NCBI GenBank assembly: GCA_043381765.1
Contig: JBHJMP010000936.1
Span: 1 to 32,433, forward strand
Direction of reading: 5' to 3'
Source of the DNA: Collodictyon triciliatum
Taxonomy: Eukaryota
DNA length: 32,433 nt
The notes beneath the pieces are model-generated. The model made no database searches and was not told where the DNA came from. It was given only the letters and a program-made list of their open reading frames with translations. Both the position numbers and the translations under genes were made by a program. Position 1 is the stretch's first letter, and every line of letters begins with the position of its first letter. Shown one piece after another: positions 11,601 to 32,433 of this stretch.

Positions 11601-14600
11601 CTATTAATGATACTATCGTCGTTGGAAGTAACAAACTCACTATATTCCCCGTAAGTTATTTTAACTATGGTTTTTTTGTGGTTTTTTTTTTTTTTTGGTT
11701 TCTCTTCATATACGATTCGGCTGCTGAGTTACATGCCACTTTCACTAAAATGTTCTGTTATAGAGACGAAGGCTGAAAGCTGACCAAATAAAAACACATA
11801 AATACAACGTAATATCGGCAATTTACAATCCATATTTTCACCAAGTCGTTTCCACCGACGAGGATGGATGTGTAAAAGTATGGGACCCTGATACTGGTTT
11901 TAAGATATTCCAATTTAGCACCAATCACGGGGTAGGTTTTTGGAAATGCGAAAAGAAAAAATTGATGCTTGAATTATCCTTGTGATTCATGTAACATCAA
12001 ACTATAATTAGCAAAATGGTTTTTTTTTTTTTTTTGGTTTCTTCCGCTTTGTGATATGCACAGTTGAGGGGGTTTGCAGAACTGCAAAGCACTGTAAATA
12101 TCCATCTATACCTTGAGACAGAAGCTTACTATCTTTATGGTTCTACCTGGGCAGGCAAAAGTCACAAGCGTTGTGTACGACCGAACATTTCGAAGACTAT
12201 TGACGGGTGGACATGATGGCTCGATAAAAGTACTTCCCACTATTATTTTTTTTACCTGTTTCATTTCTGCTGAGCAGTAACAACTGAATCCATTGCGTTT
12301 CCTTCCAAAATTAGATATGGAATTACAATAATGGATTGCCGTTGAGAGAATATCCTCTCGTTGGTGAGAAGGATGTTTCTTTCATATTCCACAGAACTGA
12401 GGTATTATATGAAATCACTTTCATTTTTCTGCTCTTCCCAAGTATAGCAAAGAATTAATTCCAAAACATGCTCTTTCTTCATTTTTCACAGTATTATGAC
12501 TTACTGAGCCAGTACATCCTTTCGTGCCTTCACTGTAAATTAAATGATAAAATTCCAACCTTAGAATGCAAACAAGTATGTCATCGCAGTGACCTTTAAC
12601 CAACAAATTACAGTATGGCAAGAACTGGACGAAGAATCATCTCGAAGTGAAGTCTATAAATATATAGATAGGTAATTAGATTGTCATTTCTCCATCATCC
12701 ATGAATAATAATTATTATTAATAATAATAAATTCTTACAATTTAAGTCCGTGCATATGATAAATAATCGCTCATTGATTACATGTCTGTGTTCAGCAAAA
12801 AAGGGACTGTCATGAGCGCCGACTTTCGAAGTCCAAATTACCTTGTGATAGGAAATGCTGATGGCGATATCCTTGTCTGGAACGTGGAGTCTTCTTTTAT
12901 TCGATACACGCTTGTGCCTCCTTCATGGCAGCCCGAAAGGCCGGACGAGTGTGCAATCGACCACATTCTTTTCTTGAACAGGGATGGATGCATGATGTTT
13001 GTATCGTCCGGAGCAGATGGAATGATTCGCATTTGGGACGCACGTCGCGGTGTGCTTCTCATGGAGCGGCATGGACTGCATGCAGATGGCGAGTCTATAA
13101 CCACGCTGGCAACCGACCCGCAGAGCCAATACCTTTTCTCTGGCGATGCCCAAGGATACATTCGTGTGAGTGATTTTAATGCGGTTATATCTTCATGAAT
13201 CTCTTTATTTTTCTGCTGTCTTTGGTCGAGTTTATATTTTCTTTACTTTGCTCTTTATCAATTTTTTTCTTCTACACTATGGTGCACTTTGTGTAAGTTT
13301 TAATCCATGATATATTCTAACTGGTTGAATATCCTTTATTCTCAACCAATTATTCTTGTAATTTCACTTTTGATACCAGGTTTGGGATATATCACGCGTT
13401 GACGATACTTCTGAGAGTTCAGCTCATATTACACCACTATCTTTCTGGCAGGGCCACCAGAGCTATATAATAAGGTCTTTTTATTTTATTTTCGCCCCTC
13501 TTCCAATGTGGAATAAAGTGCTTGATGTGTATTACTGACAACGAGCCATTATGGTCTTTAGTCTTGATTTTGTCCCAAAGACCGGGCAGCTGGTTTCTGG
13601 CTCGGGTGATGGAATTGTCAAACTTTGGACTTTAAAAGGTTATATCTTTCCTATTTCATAAACATTGATATCTTTTTATACATAAAATATTGCACATACA
13701 AGTATAAATGTTGCATTTACTGATCTGCATGCATTATATTAACATCAGCTTAACTCGAATCGTACAGGAGAAGCTATTGGAAGTTTTGGTCAACTAGACG
13801 AATGGAACGTAGAAGACTCGTCAACATTTTGTAATCAACCGACCAAAATGCTCAACCCGGAATGTGGGCCCTTCGCCCATCTATCACAGAAAGAAATGAC
13901 GCCTTCCTCAACAATGTCTGTACCCCTTGAATTAAAACGGGTAATTCCATTGCTTCGTTTACTCTTAATGTTTCTTCTTCCCTGCAAATCACTTGTTTTG
14001 TTTCAAGTTTTTTTGTAAAACATTCATACATATCAAATACTAATTCGTCCCCCAGGAAAGCGAAAACGAAAATGAATACGAAACGGATCTAATTCACCTT
14101 ATGAAGCAACCTGCTTCTGCTTATCCCCGCAAAGCTCTTGAAATCTATGAGATGGCTGAAATTACACCACGAACCCCTTCAACATCACGCAACAGGGTAT
14201 GAATTTCCATAAAAAAATAAATAAAAAAAGAAAGAAGGAAGGAAGGGAGGAAGAAACTTTGAACCCGATACTTTATTGACACTAATACCTTCTCCCCTGA
14301 AACATATTTGAGTCATTCGAGCTTCGAATTCAGTAACGAATCCCGATTTCCAAACTTATCTGTCTATTTACCATATTTTCTTATCATGGCCTCTGCGTAT
14401 ATCCCACAAAACAGTCGAATTGGAACCGCCGACTATCAGACATCGAGCTCGAAAAAGCTATGGACCCACACCCAGCACACACACCGGGCCCGATTCCAAG
14501 CATAAACGTCACAACAGCCGCAGCCGCAACGCCACGAATCCACCCAGGGCAAAACAGCAAAAGCAGCAGAAAGCTGAGCGTATCAAAACCCACATCTACA

Positions 14601-15239
14601 ACGCTCCCCCACAAAGCACAAAGCTGTTCACTCCCACCTTTATCTCTCGCGGTTCCGGCCACGCCACGCTCCCGAACGCACAGCGACTCGAGCGCCCAAC
14701 AAACCCCACAAACCCCGTCTTCTTACCCACGCACGCCCCGCAACACTCAGCCACAGTCGGCCCGCACCTCCACTGGCGAACGAGTGAAACGCACTCACCC
14801 CCGCTTCCTGCATGAGCTCCATATATCTCCCCGCTACTTCAACCAATCCCAGAGGCACATGCAGGCCGTATCTGCGCAGCTGCCAGATGGATTTGCCACA
14901 AAGTGGACGCAGCTTTCGTCCCATCTCGCCCGAACTATAGCAACCATCGAGGCTCTGCCTCCGCCTCCGCCTGACTTGTCCGCCCAGGATTACATCAATC
15001 CACCAGCATCAGGAAATCCTCGCGCGAATCTGCAGCGGTTGACTACATTTGCTGTTCACTCGGCCAAAGACTTGCAATTGTCGCATTCATACTCGCCTCG
15101 GGTTTCTGCCAGTCACGACCGCACACCTGGTGGCGGAGGCGCTCGTCCAAGGGAGCTTGCTCCAATCCCAAAGACACCGCGCGCCTCTTCTTTCCTAGAC
15201 TCTGTTTTCCCACATGCAATCCACGAGGAGAAGCGTTAA
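8656..15239 (+). CDS. EF-hand + WD40-repeat protein, WDR49/WDR64/EFCAB8 (WDY/CFAP337-like) family, about 20 exons, with long low-complexity N- and C-termini
   Basis: EF-hand LFRKIDANSDGTVDWDEFVTYFL. WD repeats include HSDWINKVKY, GHEKGVYSF..FASCGLDRLIRVWD, LKGHKAPI..ISLSADKIIKIWDIRTYRCLQTI, YNPYFHQVVS, FRRLLTGGHDGSIKIWNYNNG, LFSGDAQGYIRVWDI, VKLWTLKGEAIGSFGQ. All 19 introns join as GT-AG in frame. Last exon about 14415-15239. Start codon less certain. Confidence 0.85.
9271..9371. repeat. T-rich degenerate (TTTTTTGTG)n repeat at an intron 5' end
   Basis: Direct reading. Confidence 0.9.
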
Positions 15240-15485
15240 CAATGAGTCTGAGGATTCAGCCATACCTCTCTTTTCTTTTCTTCTCTTCTTCTTTTTCTCT
15301 TTTCTTCTTTTTCTCCCTTACTTTTGTTCTCTCCATTTGGACGAGTGCATCGCTCGTGTGTATATTCATCCATCGCGTCACCTCACTATATCTTAGAATT
15401 TCTCGTGTTCCGTTTTTTAGGACAATATAATTTATGTGCTGTTGCTTTTGCTTCGAGATTTGCTTCGTCGTCTATGCATAGTTTC

Positions 15486-15491
15486 AATAAA
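15486..15491 (+). terminator. Candidate AATAAA polyadenylation signal of the WD40 gene
   Basis: AATAAA about 250 nt after the stop codon, in the spacer between convergent genes. Confidence 0.35.
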
Positions 15492-15680
15492 TAAAAAAAT
15501 CATTATAATCCTAATACCCATTTATTTTTCTTTATTTTTATGCACGCCAAAACAAAATCTCAAGTTTATTCAGATGACAGACCATTTAGGCACATCAGAA
15601 TCAAGAGTTTAATATATATCTTTTACTATGTGCTTTTGTAATTTGAGTAACTTTGCTACACCACAAAAATGGAAGATAAC

Positions 15681-15796
15681 TTAGTCATCCCATCCATAAT
15701 CATCCATCTCAGCTTCACTTCTGTGATTATCCAATCCATTTGCGTATGAACTATTTTCGCCGTTGTCCTCGCGTCCTTTTTTGTCGTCATCATTCC

Positions 15797-15853
<57 letters not shown>

Positions 15854-16293
15854 AGTCTTCTTGATTTTGGTAAAGGCCGTCGTCACTACCATCGCTTGTA
15901 ATTGTCCTTTGATTCTGCACGCTCATTCGGTTACCAACCCCATATACATTTTCACTCGGGACACTTATCTCGTTGGAAGCTCTATCTGAAGTGCTGCCAT
16001 CTGAAACGCTAAGATAATTGAAAAGAAAAGAGAGAAGGGATGTCAGAAACTAGTAAAATCTTGAGCGTGAGCGCAAAGCTCGCTTCTTCTCATAAGATAA
16101 AGCAACCAGGTGCGCGGTGTAGGAGAGTGTTCAGATTCACTGATATATTTTATCCTTATTTTAACCAGCCAAAAATAAATTATTATAAATCATATTTTTT
16201 TTCTTCTGAGAGAAAACATGCTTACCACTTTCTAAACGAAAAGTCCAAATTTGTTGCTGGCGGGGCTTCTTTCAGTTTTGGATTGAGTAACCT
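15681..16293 (-). CDS. 3' end of an unknown gene with an acidic poly-Asp C-terminal tail; 5' part lost in the gap
   Basis: Exons <16293-16226, 16139-16107 and 16008-15681 join in frame via GT-AG introns: ..LLNPKLKEAPPATNLDFSFRKCESEHSPTPRTCVSDGSTSDRASNE..QEDY(D)nGNDDKKG..EMDDYGWDD*. Confidence 0.7.
15798..15853. repeat. (CAT)n / (GAT)n repeat encoding poly-Asp
   Basis: Direct reading; lies in the last exon of the minus-strand gene. Confidence 0.95.
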
Positions 16294-16910
16294 NNNNNNN
16301 NNNNNNNNNNNNNNNNNNNNNNNNNNNNNNNNNNNNNNNNNNNNNNNNNNNNNNNNNNNNNNNNNNNNNNNNNNNNNNNNNNNNNNNNNNNNNNNNNNNN
16401 NNNNNNNNNNNNNNNNNNNNNNNNNNNNNNNNNNNNNNNNNNNNNNNNNNNNNNNNNNNNNNNNNNNNNNNNNNNNNNNNNNNNNNNNNNNNNNNNNNNN
16501 NNNNNNNNNNNNNNNNNNNNNNNNNNNNNNNNNNNNNNNNNNNNNNNNNNNNNNNNNNNNNNNNNNNNNNNNNNNNNNNNNNNNNNNNNNNNNNNNNNNN
16601 NNNNNNNNNNNNNNNNNNNNNNNNNNNNNNNNNNNNNNNNNNNNNNNNNNNNNNNNNNNNNNNNNNNNNNNNNNNNNNNNNNNNNNNNNNNNNNNNNNNN
16701 NNNNNNNNNNNNNNNNNNNNNNNNNNNNNNNNNNNNNNNNNNNNNNNNNNNNNNNNNNNNNNNNNNNNNNNNNNNNNNNNNNNNNNNNNNNNNNNNNNNN
16801 NNNNNNNNNNNNNNNNNNNNNNNNNNNNNNNNNNNNNNNNNNNNNNNNNNNNNNNNNNNNNNNNNNNNNNNNNNNNNNNNNNNNNNNNNNNNNNNNNNNN
16901 NNNNNNNNNN
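16294..16910. other. Assembly gap (N run)
   Basis: Run of N. Confidence 1.
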
Positions 16911-19900
16911 TAATCGGTCGATGAGCCTTTTGCAACTCCGTTATTCTGGTGTTTTCGAAGCTGTTCGAATCCGAAAGACAGGATACCCCTTCCGCTACAC
17001 ACACCAAGATTTTTGGAAAAGGTTCCTCTCAATTCAATTGACTTTTATTCGTTTTCCATTTCAAAATCATTATGTAACTGCATATCCACTCAGATACCGC
17101 GTGCTGGCTAACATGGAGCTGAAGAAAGCAAAGCTACCAGCCAAGGAATTATGCACTCGCCTTTTGGCATTCATCAACAAATCATACACAAAGCAGATGC
17201 ATATCGGCCTCACTCGTGTGCTGTACCGTGCTGAGCCAGTCAGATTTTTCTTTTTATTCTTTCGCAAAAATAAAACGAAGGTTGAAATGTTTACATAATA
17301 TCATTTTGGCCTTACTAAGCGATAGTTGTCTTCATGTAGCATCGTTCCATTGAATTAGACCGTAATGTTGCTCTCCAAAAAGTTGTCATATTTTTGCAAG
17401 CATGTAAAGTTCTCTTCCTTTGGAAATAATTAATAATTCCTCTTATTCCCCTTTTTCTTTCTTACTGAAAATTCTACATTCAGCCTTTTGTTTTATCACT
17501 TTTTTTCTCGTATTAACTTTACATTGATAATTAGTTTTCCGTGGAACAAAAGCCCGAGCGCTGGCCTCTGAGTTAAAGAAGGTGAAACCAGTACTCATCG
17601 CAGCCATCAAAGCACGCGATTTGCAAAAAATTCAGGCTGCAATCAAACTTGCAGCTCCTCTGTCATTCCAGATTTTCGAATACGGAAAAGCAAAGTATTT
17701 TCACTATGTCAAATGAATCGAAAACTCTTCAAAATTCAGATAATATACATTTGAAGCGCTCCTTGCATACTCTGCTTAATGAAATGCTCAAGTTATATTC
17801 GACATTGAAGATTTTGAATCATTTTGTTGAATGCAATAGACAACTGGAGGCTCTGATTATCGAGGAACAATCTGTGATTGCAAAGCTGAAAGAATTGTCA
17901 ACCAAAGACCCTGAGACCAATTATGATTCCATAATGACAACCCTGGCTCACGTGACTTTTTTTTTAACATTTTTTTCATTTTCCTTTAATTTCTAAAAAA
18001 AAAATTTTTTTTTTATTCTTCCTTTCAACTTTTGTGCAGGACCGAGGGATTTAATTTCTAAAAAATAATAATTTCTAATTATCAAACCCTTATGCTGATT
18101 ATTATACAGGCTGAAAGATTGAATCTTAAGGAAGAAGTTATCGGCAGGGTCACTAAAGCTGTATCTGTAGTTCGTGAAAGGCGCGAAACAGAAGGTGCAC
18201 ACATTTATTCTGTTTTTTTTATTATGAGAAATTCAAAAATATTAAGGAAAAAATTGAAGCAAAAAAAAAAAAGGAGAAAAATAATTGTAAAATTAAATAA
18301 ATCTCTTTATTTCCTACACAGCTGATTTGAAGGCGGCCACAGAGGCCTACGATGAGGGACTCTTGAACGCTGCACTTGCACGCGCCAAAAAGATTCCGCT
18401 CAACAACGATTTTGTAACCAAAGCGCAGAAGGCTCTCGACCACGTTCTCAATGAGCAGAAGATTATTTCCAAGTTGAAGAGCGCTTTGGCATCTGGATTC
18501 TGCGTTGACTGCGACCGTTCTACGATTGTAGTGGAAGTATTAGATAGAGCCATCAAAGAAGCGGTGGCACACAAAATGATGACCAAAGACGGTAAGCGCA
18601 CACAAGAGATAGCCGAGGTTCACCTCCAAATCCGCTGTGAGCTTGCCATGGAAAATTGGGAAAATCTCGACAAAGTTATCCGTCAAGCAATCCAACTCAA
18701 GGTAGAGAGTGCAGAAATCACTTCAGCAAAGAAGGAGCTCGCACACAAAATGGCGGTTGACAAAGTGGTTGAGGAGATGCGTGTGGCGATTGAAAACTTT
18801 GACCATATATCCTTGGCAGTGCTTGTTGAGAACGGACGTGAGTTGGGAATGGACCAGACGGAGCATTCCGCCTTACTTGCAACCGGCGAGGAGCTTCTTG
18901 CAAACATCACTGAGGCAATTAGACTTATGCAAGCTGGTCTTGATGAAGTGAATGATGATAAATTGTTGGATGCAGTGCAGTACTCTGAGGCGTTTGGATA
19001 TGAAACAAAGATGGTTGCCCACTGTCGCAATCTTTACCATCAAATATCTCGTCTTCGTTCACAGGTTCTTTTCTTTTCTTTTTAAGAATAAAAGTATCTT
19101 TTTATCACTTTTCCTAAATGTAGCAAAATATTTCCAAAGATTCATTTTAGTCTGTTTTCAATTACATATTCATACATCTTATTTCAGATTTGTCGAGATT
19201 CATCACAATGATGTAATGTCAATACTAATACCTTGCTTAGGCTGACCAAGGGTTGAAGTTACTTGTGAAGGAGTTGATGGAGGCAACCCTGAAAGAAGCC
19301 GACGGCATTAGTTTCAAATACCCAGACGGGGAAAAAATTCGAGAACTGCTCTATGATACGCCTCTTGAAAAGTTCTTGAAGATGCAACTGCAGGTCACAA
19401 TTGTATCTCTATTTAATGGACTCATCCCAAATCTAGTGGATTGTAATTGTTGGATGAATTAGGGGATTATCTCCCTACTTCAATGCTTTGATGTTAACTT
19501 GAATATATTTCTTTTGGTGGTGACACAGGTGGCGATGACTATGAACGACCGAGACCGTGCTGCACAAATCACCGCAGAAATCAAGGAGGAATTCTTTTCT
19601 CGTTACGGTATGAGTCAGTTTGAGTTGGTGCATTTCGGAAACCTGAAGCATCCTGACGCGTTTGCTAGCGCAAAGTTTTTTGGGCGTGATGAGTTGAAGG
19701 CATCGTTTTTGCAATGGACAAAGGCACGAAATATTCATATCATTTATTTCATATAATTCATATTGCAAGCAAAATCCTACTACGGTTAACATTTCCGAAA
19801 AGATAAAGAAAAGTTAATTAACCGCCAGAATTCGATGCGTAATAGAACTCGCTTCCCACCGCACTCTGTCGTTTGGACGATAGGCTTACGAAAATTGCTA

Positions 19901-21234
19901 CCAAGCTATTCAAAAGTAATTTCCTTTTATCTTATAATAAAACAAAAAGTGTTTCTATAAAGAGATTCTCACATACATATTTATGAAATTTACATGAAAT
20001 ACACAATTTTCTTTCTCTAAATGGTGTGTTTTTTTCACTCCAAAGATGTCCAAGGGTTCATGAATGACCGCCCCATCCCATATCCTAATATGCTCGCTCA
20101 AGAAATCGTCAATATTGCTCTGGAAACGATTGATATCCGTGATGAGATATACTGCCAATTGATGAAGCAGCTCACATATAATCCCTCGCGGTATTCACAT
20201 ATTTATAATTGAAGAAATCCCCGTCTTCTTAGTCCCACACTTTCTCATCGACCAATATATTTGATAAATGCTGCTGTGCAATTAAGACACGAAAGATAGT
20301 AACCCATGAAATTTTTCTTCTGAATAACTAGCACATGCATGACACTAATAGACTGAGTAACAACAGCGATGAAATATTAACTACTTCCAACTCTATCTCC
20401 AGCGAAAGCGAATCCAAAGGATGGCAGCTGATGCAAGTATTTGTTCAGTCGTTCCCTCCTTCCGACGGATTCTCAAACTTCCTGGAAGTGTTCCTCCGTA
20501 CACGAGCCAAAGAAACAAATAATGCACATCCACAGGACTTTATTAATTGGATGCACACAACAATGTTTGTCGGCCCGCGTTCCGTTGATGTCGATGAAAT
20601 CTTGAGCCGTGCAAAAGGACCAGCCCGCGGCGTAAGACAATGAGCTGAGCCAGCAATCACTAATCAAATATATAATTCTCTAATTTCTTTCAACATCACA
20701 TTCTATCCAACAAAAAACCAAACATGTCTCTCTTTTTTTTCTGCTCTTAATTTACCTTTTAACGTAATCTTACTCATCGCTCTTTATACCTAGAAATCCG
20801 TGTTTATGAATTCAAGCACAATCGTTGCCGCTGCTCTGGCCACACTCGCAGCCGCGTCCACGCCGCCTCCGTCCGGCCCTCTCCTGCGCACAACTCCATC
20901 AGCCGCCAAAACAGCCTCAAGCGCTTCCTTATCGCCAGTAGCCAGTTCGAGCAGCGTTTCTTCACCAAAGAGCAGTACAAGCACAATGGCTGCTTCATCC
21001 GCCCCTGCAAAAGTCCCGCCATCCGCTTCTGCTCCTGCCCCGCCCCCGCCTCCGCCTCCAGCAAATCCGACTGTGAAACTCATGTACGACTACCAAACAT
21101 CGGAGGCGAATCATCTCAACGCCACGGCCGGAACTATCATTGAGGTTTTGCAGATGGACCATCCGGACTGGTGGTACGGCCAGGTTGGCGAGCAGGTGGG
21201 ATACTTCCCGGCAAACTATTGCGAGCAGCTCTGA
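16911..21234 (+). CDS. Unconventional myosin, class IV-like (end of motor, one IQ, helical tail, MyTH4, Pro-rich linker, C-terminal SH3); 5' truncated by the gap
   Basis: Motor end QLRYSGVFEAVRIRKTGYPFRYTHQDFWKRY and QMHIGLTRVLYR. IQ FLQAFFRGTKAR. MyTH4 [57 protein letters not shown]. SH3 KLMYDY..DWWYG..VGYFPANYC. 13 exons; one GC-AG intron. Confidence 0.9.
19724..19845 (+). other. GC-AG intron in the myosin MyTH4 region
   Basis: TGGACAAAG|GCACGA...GTAATAG|AACTCG restores [12 protein letters not shown]; there is no GT donor before the in-frame stop. Confidence 0.8.
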
Positions 21235-21704
21235 TTTGGTGCCTTCTCAAACATCTCTCTCTCGCTATGTGTCTCTGATAGTAGTCTTTGTTGCGGAGCT
21301 ACTCACCGCACACACTTGACGAAAGGAAGAAAAAGCAAAAATAAAGAAAAAAGGTTTCGGATGCTGAGTTGGTGATAAAGAGGGCGATTGCGTTGTTCTT
21401 GGGTACAGTATATTGTGTGTGTGGTGGTATGAATACCATGAAGTAAAGTATTTTCTCGCTGGGCATGTTTGTGAATCTGTGAGTAGAGTGTTGGAAAAGT
21501 GTAAAGCGTCGTGTGAAAACACGAGAAAGAAAAGAAGGGATAGAATAAATATAAAATAAAAAAAAAAGAAAAAGTAAAGGTTAAGAGAGCAACATATTCA
21601 CTCGTGTATCTTGTATCAAGAACTAACAAATTCTGCTTTGTGCGGTCATAACCGAGCCATGAATGATCACTTATATTTATTTGTTTGTTGGCACCCCAGT
21701 CGAT

Positions 21705-21795
21705 CTTTTCCTTTTCCTTTTCCTTTTCCTTTTCCTTTTTCTTTTTCTTTTTCTTTTTCTTTTTCTTTTTCTTTTTCTTTTTCTTTTTCTTTTTC
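21705..21795. repeat. Polypyrimidine (TTTTCC)n/(TTTTTC)n repeat upstream of SPG11
   Basis: Direct reading. Confidence 0.95.
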
Positions 21796-21893
21796 AATTT
21801 CTTCTGCGTCTCTTTCAACACATCAATTTTGCTTTTGCTTATGCTTTCTAACTTTTTCTTTCTTTCGCTTTCTCGCTTTGAGTTTTCTGTGCG

Positions 21894-32433
<10,540 letters not shown>

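Overview
Eukaryotic (protist-like), AT-rich, intron-dense DNA using the standard genetic code, with two assembly gaps (1361-2267, 16294-16910). I spliced all gene models by hand, requiring frame continuity. In order: a dead non-LTR (L1/Tx1-like) retrotransposon RT fragment; a small spliced orphan gene the ORF track misses (minus, 92-102 aa); a complete 15-exon Prp3 (minus); a divergently transcribed EF-hand + WD40 gene (WDR49/WDR64/EFCAB8-like, plus); the 3' end of an unknown acidic-tailed gene (minus); the 3' part of a class IV-like myosin (IQ, MyTH4, SH3); and a spatacsin/SPG11 gene running off the window end. Main highlights: one well-supported and one probable AT-AC (U12-type) intron in SPG11, both starting ATATCCAAAA instead of the canonical ATATCCTT; GC-AG introns and degenerate U2 splice signals; C>T/G>A hypermutation of the retroelement; and strand-biased intronic microsatellites. 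Family calls come from recalled motifs, not database searches.
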